DNA of 64,000 nt from IMG/VR virus record IMGVR_UViG_3300045988_034366. One strand, given 5' to 3'. The stretch comes from a virus. The notes under the pieces were generated by a model. The model saw only the letters and a program-made list of their open reading frames with translations, was not told the origin of the DNA and did no database searches. Position numbers and translations under genes: made by a program. Numbering within the stretch: the stretch's first letter is position 1; the number at the start of each line of letters is the position of its first letter. Below, in pieces: positions 41,789 to 50,661 of this stretch.

Positions 41789-42735
41789 ATGGAGAAACAA
41801 TAATTCAAGCAATAACTCAAGAAAACATTCCTGCAACTATGCAGGAGGCTTATAATTCCCTTATAGAAAATCTCAATGAAAATACTATACCTGAGTCAGA
41901 CAGTGCTATAGAAGATGATGGTGACAGCATTAGCTTTGACCTTTCAGAGGAAGAACAGGCTATCCTTGACCAAGCTGTAGAAGATGCACATCAAGAGATA
42001 CCTACAAACTCTGCAACTTTGCTTGTAGATGAAGCTACTAGTAGATTCAGTTCTGCTATATGGTATGAGAAGATACGGGAAAAGACTATTGTTCTTGCAG
42101 GTGTAGGAGGTATTGGCAGTTATGTGGGATTCCTGCTTGCAAGAATGAAACCTGCCTCTTTGTTCATTTATGACAATGATATAGTGGAAGCTGTCAATAT
42201 GTCAGGCCAGCTATATAGTCGAAATGATATTGGAGTTACTAAGGTAGCTGCCCTTGCAAACATGGTCAAGGATTATGCTGACTATGGTAGTGTGTTTGCC
42301 ATAGCTGAAAGATTCACTCCTGAATGTGAACCTACAGATATTATGATTTGTGGGTTTGACAATATGGAAGCTAGAAGAGTGTTCTTCACAAAGTGGGTTG
42401 AGCACGTTCACAGTAAACCTGAGGAGGAAAGAGCTAATTGTCTATTCATTGATGGAAGACTTGCAGCTGAAGAATTTCAAGTTCTCTGTATCAAGGGAGA
42501 TGATTTGTTCAACATTGATAGGTATCAGAAGGAATACTTGTTCACTGATGCAGAAGCTGATGAGACTATTTGTTCTTATAAACAGACTACTTTCTGTGCA
42601 AATATGATTGCATCTTATATGGTTAATTTGTTTGTAAATTTCTGTGCTAATCAATGTGAGCCTCTCATTGACAGAGACCTGCCATTCCTTACTACATATA
42701 ATGCAGAAACGATGTATCTTAAAACCGAAGCATAA
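41785..42735 (+). CDS. E1-like ThiF/MoeB/UBA-family adenylyltransferase (316 aa)
   Basis: Rossmann GxGxxG in VLAGVGGIGSYVGFLLAR, then YDNDIVEAVNMSGQLY and GFDNMEARR blocks. Its start overlaps the JAB gene stop by 4 nt (41785-41788). Confidence 0.75.
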   Translation: MNGETIIQAITQENIPATMQEAYNSLIENLNENTIPESDSAIEDDGDSISFDLSEEEQAILDQAVEDAHQEIPTNSATLLVDEATSRFSSAIWYEKIREKTIVLAGVGGIGSYVGFLLARMKPASLFIYDNDIVEAVNMSGQLYSRNDIGVTKVAALANMVKDYADYGSVFAIAERFTPECEPTDIMICGFDNMEARRVFFTKWVEHVHSKPEEERANCLFIDGRLAAEEFQVLCIKGDDLFNIDRYQKEYLFTDAEADETICSYKQTTFCANMIASYMVNLFVNFCANQCEPLIDRDLPFLTTYNAETMYLKTEA

Positions 42736-43520
42736 TGGAATTTTCAGCTAGATTTATACGTGAAATGACTAGGCCATTTTACGATGCCCAGCCTCTCCGC
42801 TTTAATTCAAGGGATACAAGTAATCCTATTACTCTTGATAGTAATAATATGTTCAGTAAAAGTCTTGTTGTAGATACTACAGGAGACAATATTGAAATAC
42901 CCTCAATTGCTAGGACATATTACGAAAACATTATCCGTGATAATTTGATTCATAGTAATGTAAGGGTAGAGAGAATTATACTGCCTCTTTATACAAGTGG
43001 TAATAGTCAAAGTAGAAGAACTTTTGATGGTATCATGAGAGAGTTCTTCTGCAAACCCCCCCTTAACCAAAGAGTGCTAAAGGTTACAACTAATAAAGGT
43101 GATACTTATTATGGTGGATATGGCCTTATATTAGATGAGGAGTTTAATCCTCTCCTAATGTGTGGACTAAAGGCCAGAAAGGTGATATCAGAACATGGTG
43201 ATGATGCAGAAGTTGTACATATACAATACTATAGAACTGTCTGTCATGTTAGTCCTATAGTATTTACAGAGCCTAACAAGTTAATTAATAAGGGCATCAT
43301 AAAGAAGCTGATTCCTCTATATACCACTATGGACACAACTTTTCCAAATGTCAGTGTTGGCACTTCAAATAGCCCTGATAGTAGGAAAGTAGAAGTGATT
43401 ATAGATGATTTCAGCAAGTTCTTCATTTCCCCTATTGTACCTACTCCCAATAAGTGCAGTAATGATGCACTTAATAAGTGTCTGAATGATAACATAGAAG
43501 ACATTCTGTATCTAATATGA
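42735..43520 (+). CDS. orphan protein translationally coupled to the E1-like gene (261 aa)
   Basis: Its start overlaps the E1 stop at nt 42735, and its stop overlaps the ung start. No motif recognised. Confidence 0.6.
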   Translation: MEFSARFIREMTRPFYDAQPLRFNSRDTSNPITLDSNNMFSKSLVVDTTGDNIEIPSIARTYYENIIRDNLIHSNVRVERIILPLYTSGNSQSRRTFDGIMREFFCKPPLNQRVLKVTTNKGDTYYGGYGLILDEEFNPLLMCGLKARKVISEHGDDAEVVHIQYYRTVCHVSPIVFTEPNKLINKGIIKKLIPLYTTMDTTFPNVSVGTSNSPDSRKVEVIIDDFSKFFISPIVPTPNKCSNDALNKCLNDNIEDILYLI

Positions 43521-44194
43521 CAGTAGAAGAATATTTTGGGGATTGGGTTCATGTCTTTGACATGAAGGAACTCCACAAGGTGATGTATAAGTTAAGAGTG
43601 GAATATCAGAGAAAGAAGATATGTCCTGCTCAACCTGATGTATTTAGAGCCTTTGAGTTATGTCCCCTTAAAGACTTGAAAGTAGTTATGTTAGGACAAG
43701 ACCCCTATCCCCAAAAGGGAGTTGCTACTGGCATACTATTTGGAAATAGGGCTGATGTGCAAGAGAAAAATTTATCTCCATCTCTACAAATCGTTAAAGA
43801 GGCAGCTATAAATTTTGAGATTCCAAAGAATAATTGTATCTTTGACCCCACTTTGGAGAGTTGGGCAAAACAGGGGATACTAATGATAAATTCTGCTCTC
43901 ACAGTAGAAATGAATAAGGTTGGTTCTCATGCGATGATATGGAGACCATTCACAATTGCTTTATTAAAACACTTATCAGAGTGTGAGACTGGCATTATTT
44001 ATGTTCTATTTGGGAGACAGGCTCAAACATTTAAGCCCTACATTAACAAACAATTCAATAACATTCTTGAAATTGAACATCCAGCATACTATGCAAGGCT
44101 CAATAAGAGGATGCCATCTGAATTGTTTGCTACTATAAGTAATATGTGTAAAGACAAATATGGAGTACCAATTAAATGGTACCAAGAGTGTTAA
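43517..44194 (+). CDS. ung: uracil-DNA glycosylase (family 1)
   Basis: VVMLGQDPYPQKG water-activating motif and the C-terminal EIEHPAYY (HPSP-like) block. Confidence 0.8.
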   Translation: MTVEEYFGDWVHVFDMKELHKVMYKLRVEYQRKKICPAQPDVFRAFELCPLKDLKVVMLGQDPYPQKGVATGILFGNRADVQEKNLSPSLQIVKEAAINFEIPKNNCIFDPTLESWAKQGILMINSALTVEMNKVGSHAMIWRPFTIALLKHLSECETGIIYVLFGRQAQTFKPYINKQFNNILEIEHPAYYARLNKRMPSELFATISNMCKDKYGVPIKWYQEC

Positions 44195-44214
44195 ACAATA
44201 AAAACAAAAAGACA

Positions 44215-44778
44215 ATGAAAAAGTTCTATTTGAAGAATGGCAAAGAGGTGCAGGTTGGTGACACTATCACTAAAGTAATCAAGACAAAACATCCTTTGCT
44301 TGGTGAGGTCACTATGGTAGAAAATGTAGTAGTTACCGAGGCAGCTTTGCCTAAACTGATTGAGAAGGGTATTATTACTACCTCACTTGGTTCTGATTTT
44401 GATGTGGACAAGGTTAAGCCTGCTGAGTCACATATGAATCTTCACTACTATGTTGAAAAGCTGGCAAAGAAACTTAACTGGAAGGTAGAGAAAATGTATA
44501 ACTACCTCAATACCATTGATAGTGTGTATCCTGCTGCTGCATTCTCCATGATACTCAGAGAAGTAGCTATTGAGCTTGACAAGAAGTATGAAGACCACAT
44601 TGAGAAGAGTCCTGAAATCTATGTAATCTCCATGCTTGATGGAAAGATTACCAAGGCTAACAAGGCTCACATCAAGAACTACAGAAACTTTGCAGCATTT
44701 AGGTCTGTTGAAGATGCTAAGACAGCTTGCAGCATTGTAAGAGAAATCCTTAAAGAGCTATTCAAAAGTGGCAAATAA
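44215..44778 (+). CDS. hypothetical protein (187 aa)
   Basis: ATG at 44215 (MKKFYLKNGKEV) is preferred over the track start at 44176. Confidence 0.6.
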   Translation: MKKFYLKNGKEVQVGDTITKVIKTKHPLLGEVTMVENVVVTEAALPKLIEKGIITTSLGSDFDVDKVKPAESHMNLHYYVEKLAKKLNWKVEKMYNYLNTIDSVYPAAAFSMILREVAIELDKKYEDHIEKSPEIYVISMLDGKITKANKAHIKNYRNFAAFRSVEDAKTACSIVREILKELFKSGK

Positions 44779-45292
44779 GAAAATTAGAAATGCTACACAG
44801 AGTAGCTCTAAAGGTATAACCTTCAAATCCCAGTTGGAGAAGAGCATATATAATACTCTTCTTCAACAGGGGTTTACTCCTCAATATGAACCAATTACTT
44901 TCACTTTGTGGGATGGCTTTAGTCCTATCACTCCCTACTATGACAAGGAGACTGACAAGCAGAAGGTAAGGAGAATATCTGAGGGAGTAAATACATGCCA
45001 TTCAAAGATACTTGTTCAGAAAACAAGCAAAGTAGTAAGTATAAAATACACACCAGACTTTTACTTCAATTATAATGGCTTAGATGTTTACATTGAGGCT
45101 AAAGGAATTGAAAATGATGTCTTCTATATTAAGAAGAAGATGTTTATAAAGTATCTTGATGATGTATTGGTTAGTACTGGAAGGAGGTCTATATACTTTG
45201 AAGTTTATACCAAGGGACAGCTCTTACAGGCAATAGAAATAATCAAAGACTATGCAACAGAATGTAATTCACAAACTGATACAGCAAGCTAA
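44768..45292 (+). CDS. PD-(D/E)XK nuclease (DUF1064-like, resolvase candidate)
   Basis: KYTPDFYF...DVYIEAKG matches the D...(D/E)xK core. It has a GTG start (no in-frame ATG after the upstream stop) and overlaps the previous gene by 11 nt. Confidence 0.55.
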   Translation: MANKKIRNATQSSSKGITFKSQLEKSIYNTLLQQGFTPQYEPITFTLWDGFSPITPYYDKETDKQKVRRISEGVNTCHSKILVQKTSKVVSIKYTPDFYFNYNGLDVYIEAKGIENDVFYIKKKMFIKYLDDVLVSTGRRSIYFEVYTKGQLLQAIEIIKDYATECNSQTDTAS

Positions 45293-45458
45293 TAAATTGC
45301 CTGTATTGGAATATGACCCTAATCCTATTATTTTCAAGGATAATGTGGATGCTACTATAAGAGAGGTAAAACAAAGACTTGGGGTTTTACAGACTCTTAA
45401 GGCAGAAATAGATTACCGATTAACTTTAACTCATGCAGATGATGAAGAGTTTACGTGA
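45252..45458 (+). CDS. hypothetical protein (68 aa)
   Basis: Small ORF overlapping both neighbours. Confidence 0.45.
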   Translation: MQQNVIHKLIQQANKLPVLEYDPNPIIFKDNVDATIREVKQRLGVLQTLKAEIDYRLTLTHADDEEFT

Positions 45459-46170
45459 TATTTCATGGCAAGTAAGTGAAGAGGGGTATAGGGCAGACCC
45501 TGCACTTAGCTACTCTACTCTTGCAAGATATGAAAGAGAGGGGTTTAATAACTTGGATAAGCTATTTGACAGGATAGAAACCCCCTCCCTTACCTTTGGC
45601 TCTGCTGTAGATTCTATCATTACAGGTGGGCAAGAGGAGTTTGATGAAAGGTTCATGGTAGCTGAGTTTCCCTCAATGCCTGACTCTATTGTGAAGATAA
45701 TAAAATCTTTGTATAAACAATATGCTGGAACATATAGGAGCCTGCTTAATATATCTGATAGTTCAATTATTAGAGAAACTGAAGACCAAAACTATCAAAT
45801 GAATTGGAAACCTGAAACAAGGGCTAAGGTTATCAAAGAAAAAGGTACTGACTACTATAATTTATTGTTTGTAGCAGGTGATAGGTGTATCATAGATACT
45901 CAGACTTATCAGGATGTAGTTAATGCAGTTAGAGTATTGAAGGAAAGTAGCTCTACCAAGTTATACTTTGCAGATGACAATCCCTTTGAGCCTGATATTG
46001 AAAGATTATATCAGTTGAAGTTTAAGGGAGAGTTTGATGGTATAACCTATAGAAATATGGCTGACTTAATTATAGTCAATCATAAAGAGAAATGGGTAAA
46101 GCCAGTAGATTTGAAAACAAGTTCCCATACAGAGTGGGACTTTTATAAGTCCTTTGTAGATTGGAGATAT
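45433..46170 (+). CDS. PD-(D/E)XK recombination exonuclease, exon 1 of 2
   Basis: ADLIIVN...VKPVDLKTS nuclease core. The reading frame is interrupted after ...FVDWRY by the intron. The track ORF runs 3 codons into the intron. Confidence 0.65.
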
Positions 46171-46195
46171 GAAAAATAAGTAATTTATTTATTAA

Positions 46196-46227
46196 TTTGG
46201 AGATACGAGAAATTTTACTTATCTTTG
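46196..46227 (+). promoter_or_regulatory. Bacteroides-type promoter inside the intron (TTTG-N20-TAtcTTTGcat)
   Basis: -33 at 46196-46199 and -7 at 46220-46227. The LAGLIDADG ATG lies 24 nt downstream. Confidence 0.65.
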
Positions 46228-46251
46228 CATTGAATTATAAATCAATGTATT

Positions 46252-46899
46252 ATGAGAAAGTATAATTTTAATGAACATTATTTTGATATTATAGATTGTC
46301 AAGAAAAAGCTTATTGGTTAGGATTCTTTGCAGCGGATGGATATAATCATGTAGGTAAAGGTTGTATAGAGTTTAGATTACATAAACAAGATAAAGAAAT
46401 ATTAGAAAAATTCAAATCTTGTATAGAAGCTAATAACCCCATTGGATTATATAAACAAACTTATTGTAATTTGACTTTATATTCCCAACATCTATGTAAT
46501 AAGTTGTCTGAATATGGGTTAAGTCAAGCAAAGACTTACACATTGCAAATTCCTCAATTAGATTATAAATTAATGAGACATTTTATAAGAGGGTATTATG
46601 ATGGTGATGGCTGTTTTTCTGTAACAAAAAGAAAAGATAGAACTGAAAATAGTCTAATTTACCAATTTAATATTACTGGAATGGAAAATCCTCTTAGAAA
46701 AATGCAAGAGCATTTAATAAATAATGTAGGAGTTGTTGATAATGGGCTAAAGCATAGAAAGTCTACTATTGCTGTCACTATTCACTATAGTGGAAAGAAT
46801 GTATGTAAAAGAATACTTGATTATCTATATCAGGATGCTACTATATATCTTCAAAGAAAATATAATAAATATAAAGAATATTGTATCTCGGCAGAGTAA
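46252..46899 (+). CDS. LAGLIDADG homing endonuclease (double-motif)
   Basis: Two LAGLIDADG motifs: YWLGFFAADGYN and FIRGYYDGDGCF. Confidence 0.85.
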   Translation: MRKYNFNEHYFDIIDCQEKAYWLGFFAADGYNHVGKGCIEFRLHKQDKEILEKFKSCIEANNPIGLYKQTYCNLTLYSQHLCNKLSEYGLSQAKTYTLQIPQLDYKLMRHFIRGYYDGDGCFSVTKRKDRTENSLIYQFNITGMENPLRKMQEHLINNVGVVDNGLKHRKSTIAVTIHYSGKNVCKRILDYLYQDATIYLQRKYNKYKEYCISAE

Positions 46900-47206
46900 T
46901 CTGCAATAATAAAAAACCTCGTGAATTCAGGGAACATCCTAAGACTTGAAATTTAATATATAGGTCTAAAATTGTTTGAAATATAACAGCCTATAATATA
47001 TAAATGGGTTATTCTAGGACAATCCTGAGCCAAGCCTTAATAATAAGGAAGGTGCAACGACTATCCCTTTATGGGAGTACACTCAAGTGAGTGGAAGTGC
47101 GAGGCTCCTAAGAAATTAGGATGATGATATAGTCTCATCTATATGGTAACATATAGCAGTTCATAAGAGAACGCAGATAAATTAACGACTTATCTGGAAG
47201 ATAATG

Positions 47207-47521
47207 GATATTCAAGCCAGACTATATTGGTCTATTATAAGACAAAATATGGATAAGGATGAGTACTTCAAAGACTTCAAGCTACTTGACTATGATTTCA
47301 TTGTAGTCAATAAGAGGACTTTAACTCCTCTTGTATGGAACTGTCCCTTTACTCAAGCACAAGGTACATTGAGATTTGGTAATAATTCTCAAATTGAAAT
47401 GAGAAGTCCCTTTGAGATAGGAAAGGAGCTTAATTCCTATCTCACTTCAAGACCAAAAGTGCCTATGGGAATTAATGAGACTGGTACTAATAATTTAAAA
47501 GATTGGTTAAATAAACTATGA
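47207..47521 (+). CDS. PD-(D/E)XK recombination exonuclease, exon 2 of 2
   Basis: Begins DIQARLYWSIIRQ (the QxxxY motif of RecB-type nucleases), in frame with exon 1. Confidence 0.65.
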   Translation, partial: DIQARLYWSIIRQNMDKDEYFKDFKLLDYDFIVVNKRTLTPLVWNCPFTQAQGTLRFGNNSQIEMRSPFEIGKELNSYLTSRPKVPMGINETGTNNLKDWLNKL

Positions 47522-47751
47522 GTGGTTGTAGCAGTGGACAAGCAGGTAGTCAATTTTGTGATTCTTGTAGTGACTACTCCTGTAGTAGTAACCCCCACTA
47601 TATATCTTCTTACCCAGATGAAGAGTATGATATATACGAGGGAGTAGAACATCTAAAAGGGGTTAAAGCCCCAAACATTCCTATAGTAGATATAAAAGAG
47701 GAGACCCAGAATCAAATTAGAAAATTATGGGACAATTTTGATAATCTTTAA
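47518..47751 (+). CDS. Cys/Ser-rich small protein (77 aa)
   Basis: Starts MSGCSSGQAGSQFCDSCSDYSCSS. 4-nt overlap with the upstream stop. Lies directly upstream of nrdD. Confidence 0.5.
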   Translation: MSGCSSGQAGSQFCDSCSDYSCSSNPHYISSYPDEEYDIYEGVEHLKGVKAPNIPIVDIKEETQNQIRKLWDNFDNL

Positions 47752-47762
47752 TTGTTATAATT

Positions 47763-49527
47763 ATGCAGGTAATAAAAAGAGACAAAAGCAAAGAAGAATT
47801 TGACATCAGTAAGATTAATAGAGCTGTAAGAAAAGCCTTTGAGTCTTGTAATAAGAAGATGCCTCAATATCTTGGAGATATGATTCATGCCCTATTTAGT
47901 ACCTTGGAAGGAGATACAATAGGCATTGAAGAAATCCAAAATAAAGTTGAGGATATACTTATGAATGAGAAGCACTTTGATGTAGCAAAGAGTTATATCA
48001 TTTATAGAAATAAACATGAAGAGTCTAGGTTCATTAGAGGAAGAATTGATTACATGTCTAACTATGAAGATTCTGATGATAATGCTGCTAGTTCTTCAGA
48101 GACTGACCCTAATGCTAATGTAACTCAGAAGAATGTTGCCAATCTTGATGGAGAAGTTTATAAGGTAGAGAATAGAATTATTCAGAGACAGAGAATGAAG
48201 GATGAACTTAATGTCCTTTACCCAGAGGTGGCAAAGCAATATAAAATAGATGTTGAGAATCATATAATATATCCTCATGATGAAGCTAGTGTGCCTACTT
48301 TGAAGTTCTATTGTCAAGCAGATTCTCTTTACCCACTTATGACAGAAGGTGTAGGTAATATAGATGGTATAACACCCTCTCATCCTAATGATTTACCATC
48401 ATTTAGTGGACAAATAACTAATCTTGCCTTCTTGCTTTCTTCCCAATGTAAAGGTGCAGTAGCCTTTGGAGAATATTTCATTGTTCTAAACTATTACATT
48501 ATTGCAGAGTTTGGAGATAAGTGGTATGAGAAGCTTGATTGTGTTGTAACAAATTCTCATTGTAAGGTTCAAAGGACGGTCAGAGATATAATAGAGAAAG
48601 CTTTCAAACAGTTTATCTATGGTGTTAATCAGCCTGCTGGTAATAGGTCCTATCAGAGTCCATTTACAAATGTGTCTTATTATGACCATACATACTTCAG
48701 TTCACTGTTTGGAGAGTTTTACTACCCTGATGGAACTAAGCCTGAGTGGGCTGCAATTAATGTTCTTCAGAAGATGTTTATGAAATTCTTCAATAAACTC
48801 AGAACCAAGAAGATTTTGACCTTCCCTGTTGAAACATTAGCAATGGTACATGATGGCAAAGATATTATAGATAAGGAATATAAGGACTTCTGTGCAGAAA
48901 TGTATGCAGAAGGACACTCATTCTTTACCTATATTTCAGATAGTGCTGATAGTCTTGCATCATGCTGTAGATTGAGAAATGAGTTTACAGAGAATACATT
49001 TAATCCTACATCAGGTCTTACTGGTGTTATGACTGGTAGCTGTCATGTTATCACTCTTAATATTAATAGGATTGTACAAGATTCTTTAAAAAAGTATGCT
49101 AATGAACATGGAGAAGATATATCTAAATATAAATGTTGGGGAAGTGATGCTAAAGAAGCTATTTTAGATGAACTACTTGATATTCTTGAAAGAGTATATA
49201 AGTATCATATTGCTTATAAGACTATGCTCTATGAGCAAGAAGAGAAAGGCATGTTTGCAGCTTGTAATGGTGGCTATATACACATGAACAAGTTATATAG
49301 TACCATTGGTATCAATGGCTTGAATGAAGCAGCTAAATTCTTAGGTCTTGAGGTATCTAATAATCCTGAATATATTAAGTTCTTACAGTTTATTCTTGGC
49401 ACTATTAAGGAACAGAACAAGTTACACTCTATCCATGACAAGAAGAGACCTTTCTTGTTTAATTCTGAGGTAGTTCCTGCTGAATCTCTTGGTGGTAAGA
49501 ATTATAGATGGGATAAAAAGGATGGAT
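47763..49527 (+). CDS. nrdD: anaerobic (class III) ribonucleotide reductase NrdD, exon 1 of 2
   Basis: N-terminal ATP-cone (VIKRDKSKEEFDISKINRAV). The frame is interrupted after ...RWDKKDG plus 1 nt. Confidence 0.8.
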
Positions 49528-50242
49528 TAGAACCAATGTCCATCTAAAACCTCTTTTAATTGACTCAGAAGTCCCTATGGGATTATGAGGGGCAAGCAAG
49601 GGAAACCTGTGCAGCCTGACAGACTAAACAAAGAGGACTTTAATATACAATCTGTGAAGATAGAATATTAAGGTATGCAATAGTCGGAACTCTATGGTAA
49701 CATAGAGAGGTTAATAGAAATATTAACCCATTCATTAGAAATATGGTTATAATCTTGCATAATTGGGATAAAAGTTTTAACTTTGTTCCCAAAATAATTA
49801 ATATGGAGACTAAATTATGCAAGGTTTGTGGTAGAGAATTACCATTAGAAATGTTTGATGAAGGAAGACATCAGTGTAAAGATTGTAGAAAAGCTTATAG
49901 GAAGCAAAGGAGATTAGAACATCCTGAGATTCATAGAGCACAAGCTACAAGAAGGCAGAATAGACAAGGAGAATGGCTTAATAGTATAAAAACTCCTTGT
50001 ATTGTCTGTGGAGAAGCAGAACCTGTTTGTATTGATTTTCATCATATCAATCCAGTAGATAAGGACTTTACTATAGGTAAGTATAGAAGTAGAAGAAGGG
50101 AATGGCTTCTACAAGAAGTGAGCAAGTGTGTTTGCTTATGTGCTAACTGCCATAGGAAAGTACATGCTGGTTTGATAAACTTAAATAACTATATTGCTAA
50201 TGAATCACCTCTCTGCACAACGGGAGAGGGTGTAACAGAATG
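49528..50242 (+). mobile_element. group I intron carrying an HNH homing-endonuclease gene 3' of the core
   Basis: 5' exon GATGGAT (49521-49527) pairs with the guide GTCCATC (49538-49544), with U-G at the splice site. 3' exon ATTGG (50243-50247) pairs with the adjacent CCAAT (49533-49537) as P10. R-like CCTGACAGACTAAA at 49615-49628, S-like GCAATAGTCGG at 49677-49687. GNRA-capped hairpins at 49691-49731. Terminal G at 50242. Splicing gives ...KKDG-Y-WVPEDENLYNSYFF. Confidence 0.8.
49754..49785 (+). promoter_or_regulatory. Bacteroides-type promoter inside the intron (CTTG-N20-TAacTTTGttc)
   Basis: -33 at 49754-49757 and -7 at 49778-49785. The HNH ATG lies 17 nt downstream. Confidence 0.6.
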
Positions 50243-50243
50243 A
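49803..50243 (+). CDS. HNH homing endonuclease
   Basis: N-terminal CxxC...CxxC ribbon. HNH core DFHHINP...CANCHRKVH. Its TGA stop straddles the 3' splice site. Confidence 0.85.
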   Translation: METKLCKVCGRELPLEMFDEGRHQCKDCRKAYRKQRRLEHPEIHRAQATRRQNRQGEWLNSIKTPCIVCGEAEPVCIDFHHINPVDKDFTIGKYRSRRREWLLQEVSKCVCLCANCHRKVHAGLINLNNYIANESPLCTTGEGVTE

Positions 50244-50661
50244 TTGGGTTCCTGAAGATGAAAATCTTTATAACTCATATTTCTTTGATGCCCATGATAA
50301 TACTTCAGTACTAGATAAGATGATTTTGCATGGAAGGCAGACAGCACAATATTGTGATGGAGGCTCAGCTTGTCATATTAATCTTGAAGACCACCTTAGT
50401 AAGGAACAATATCTCAAACTTATAGACTTTGCAATAGCTAATGGAACCAACTACTTCACATTTAATATTCCTAATAGTGAGTGTGATGATTGTGGTTACA
50501 TTACTAAGCATCCTATTACTGAATGCCCAAAGTGCCACAGTAAGAATATCACTCAATATACAAGGGTAATTGGATATCTTAGACCTATTAAGTCCTTTAG
50601 TAAGGATAGACAAATAGAAGCAAATAAAAGAGTTTATAGTAAAGATGTTAAAGTATGTTGA
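50243..50661 (+). CDS. nrdD: NrdD, exon 2 of 2 (zinc ribbon + glycyl-radical loop)
   Basis: YNSYFF, then the CDDCGY...CPKCHS ribbon, then the glycyl-radical motif TRVIGYLRP. Confidence 0.8.

Larger units (their letters stand above)
46171..47206 (+). mobile_element. group I intron carrying a LAGLIDADG homing-endonuclease gene in the P1 loop
   Basis: 5' exon GAGATAT (46164-46170) pairs with the guide GTATCTC (46883-46889), with U-G at the splice site. 3' exon GATATTC (47207-47213) pairs with the adjacent GAATATT (46876-46882) as P10. R-like GTGCAACGACTAT at 47052-47064, S-like GATATAGTC at 47126-47134. GTAA-capped hairpin CTATATG-GTAA-CATATAG. Terminal G at 47206. Splicing restores ...VDWRY|DIQARLYW. 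Confidence 0.75.
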
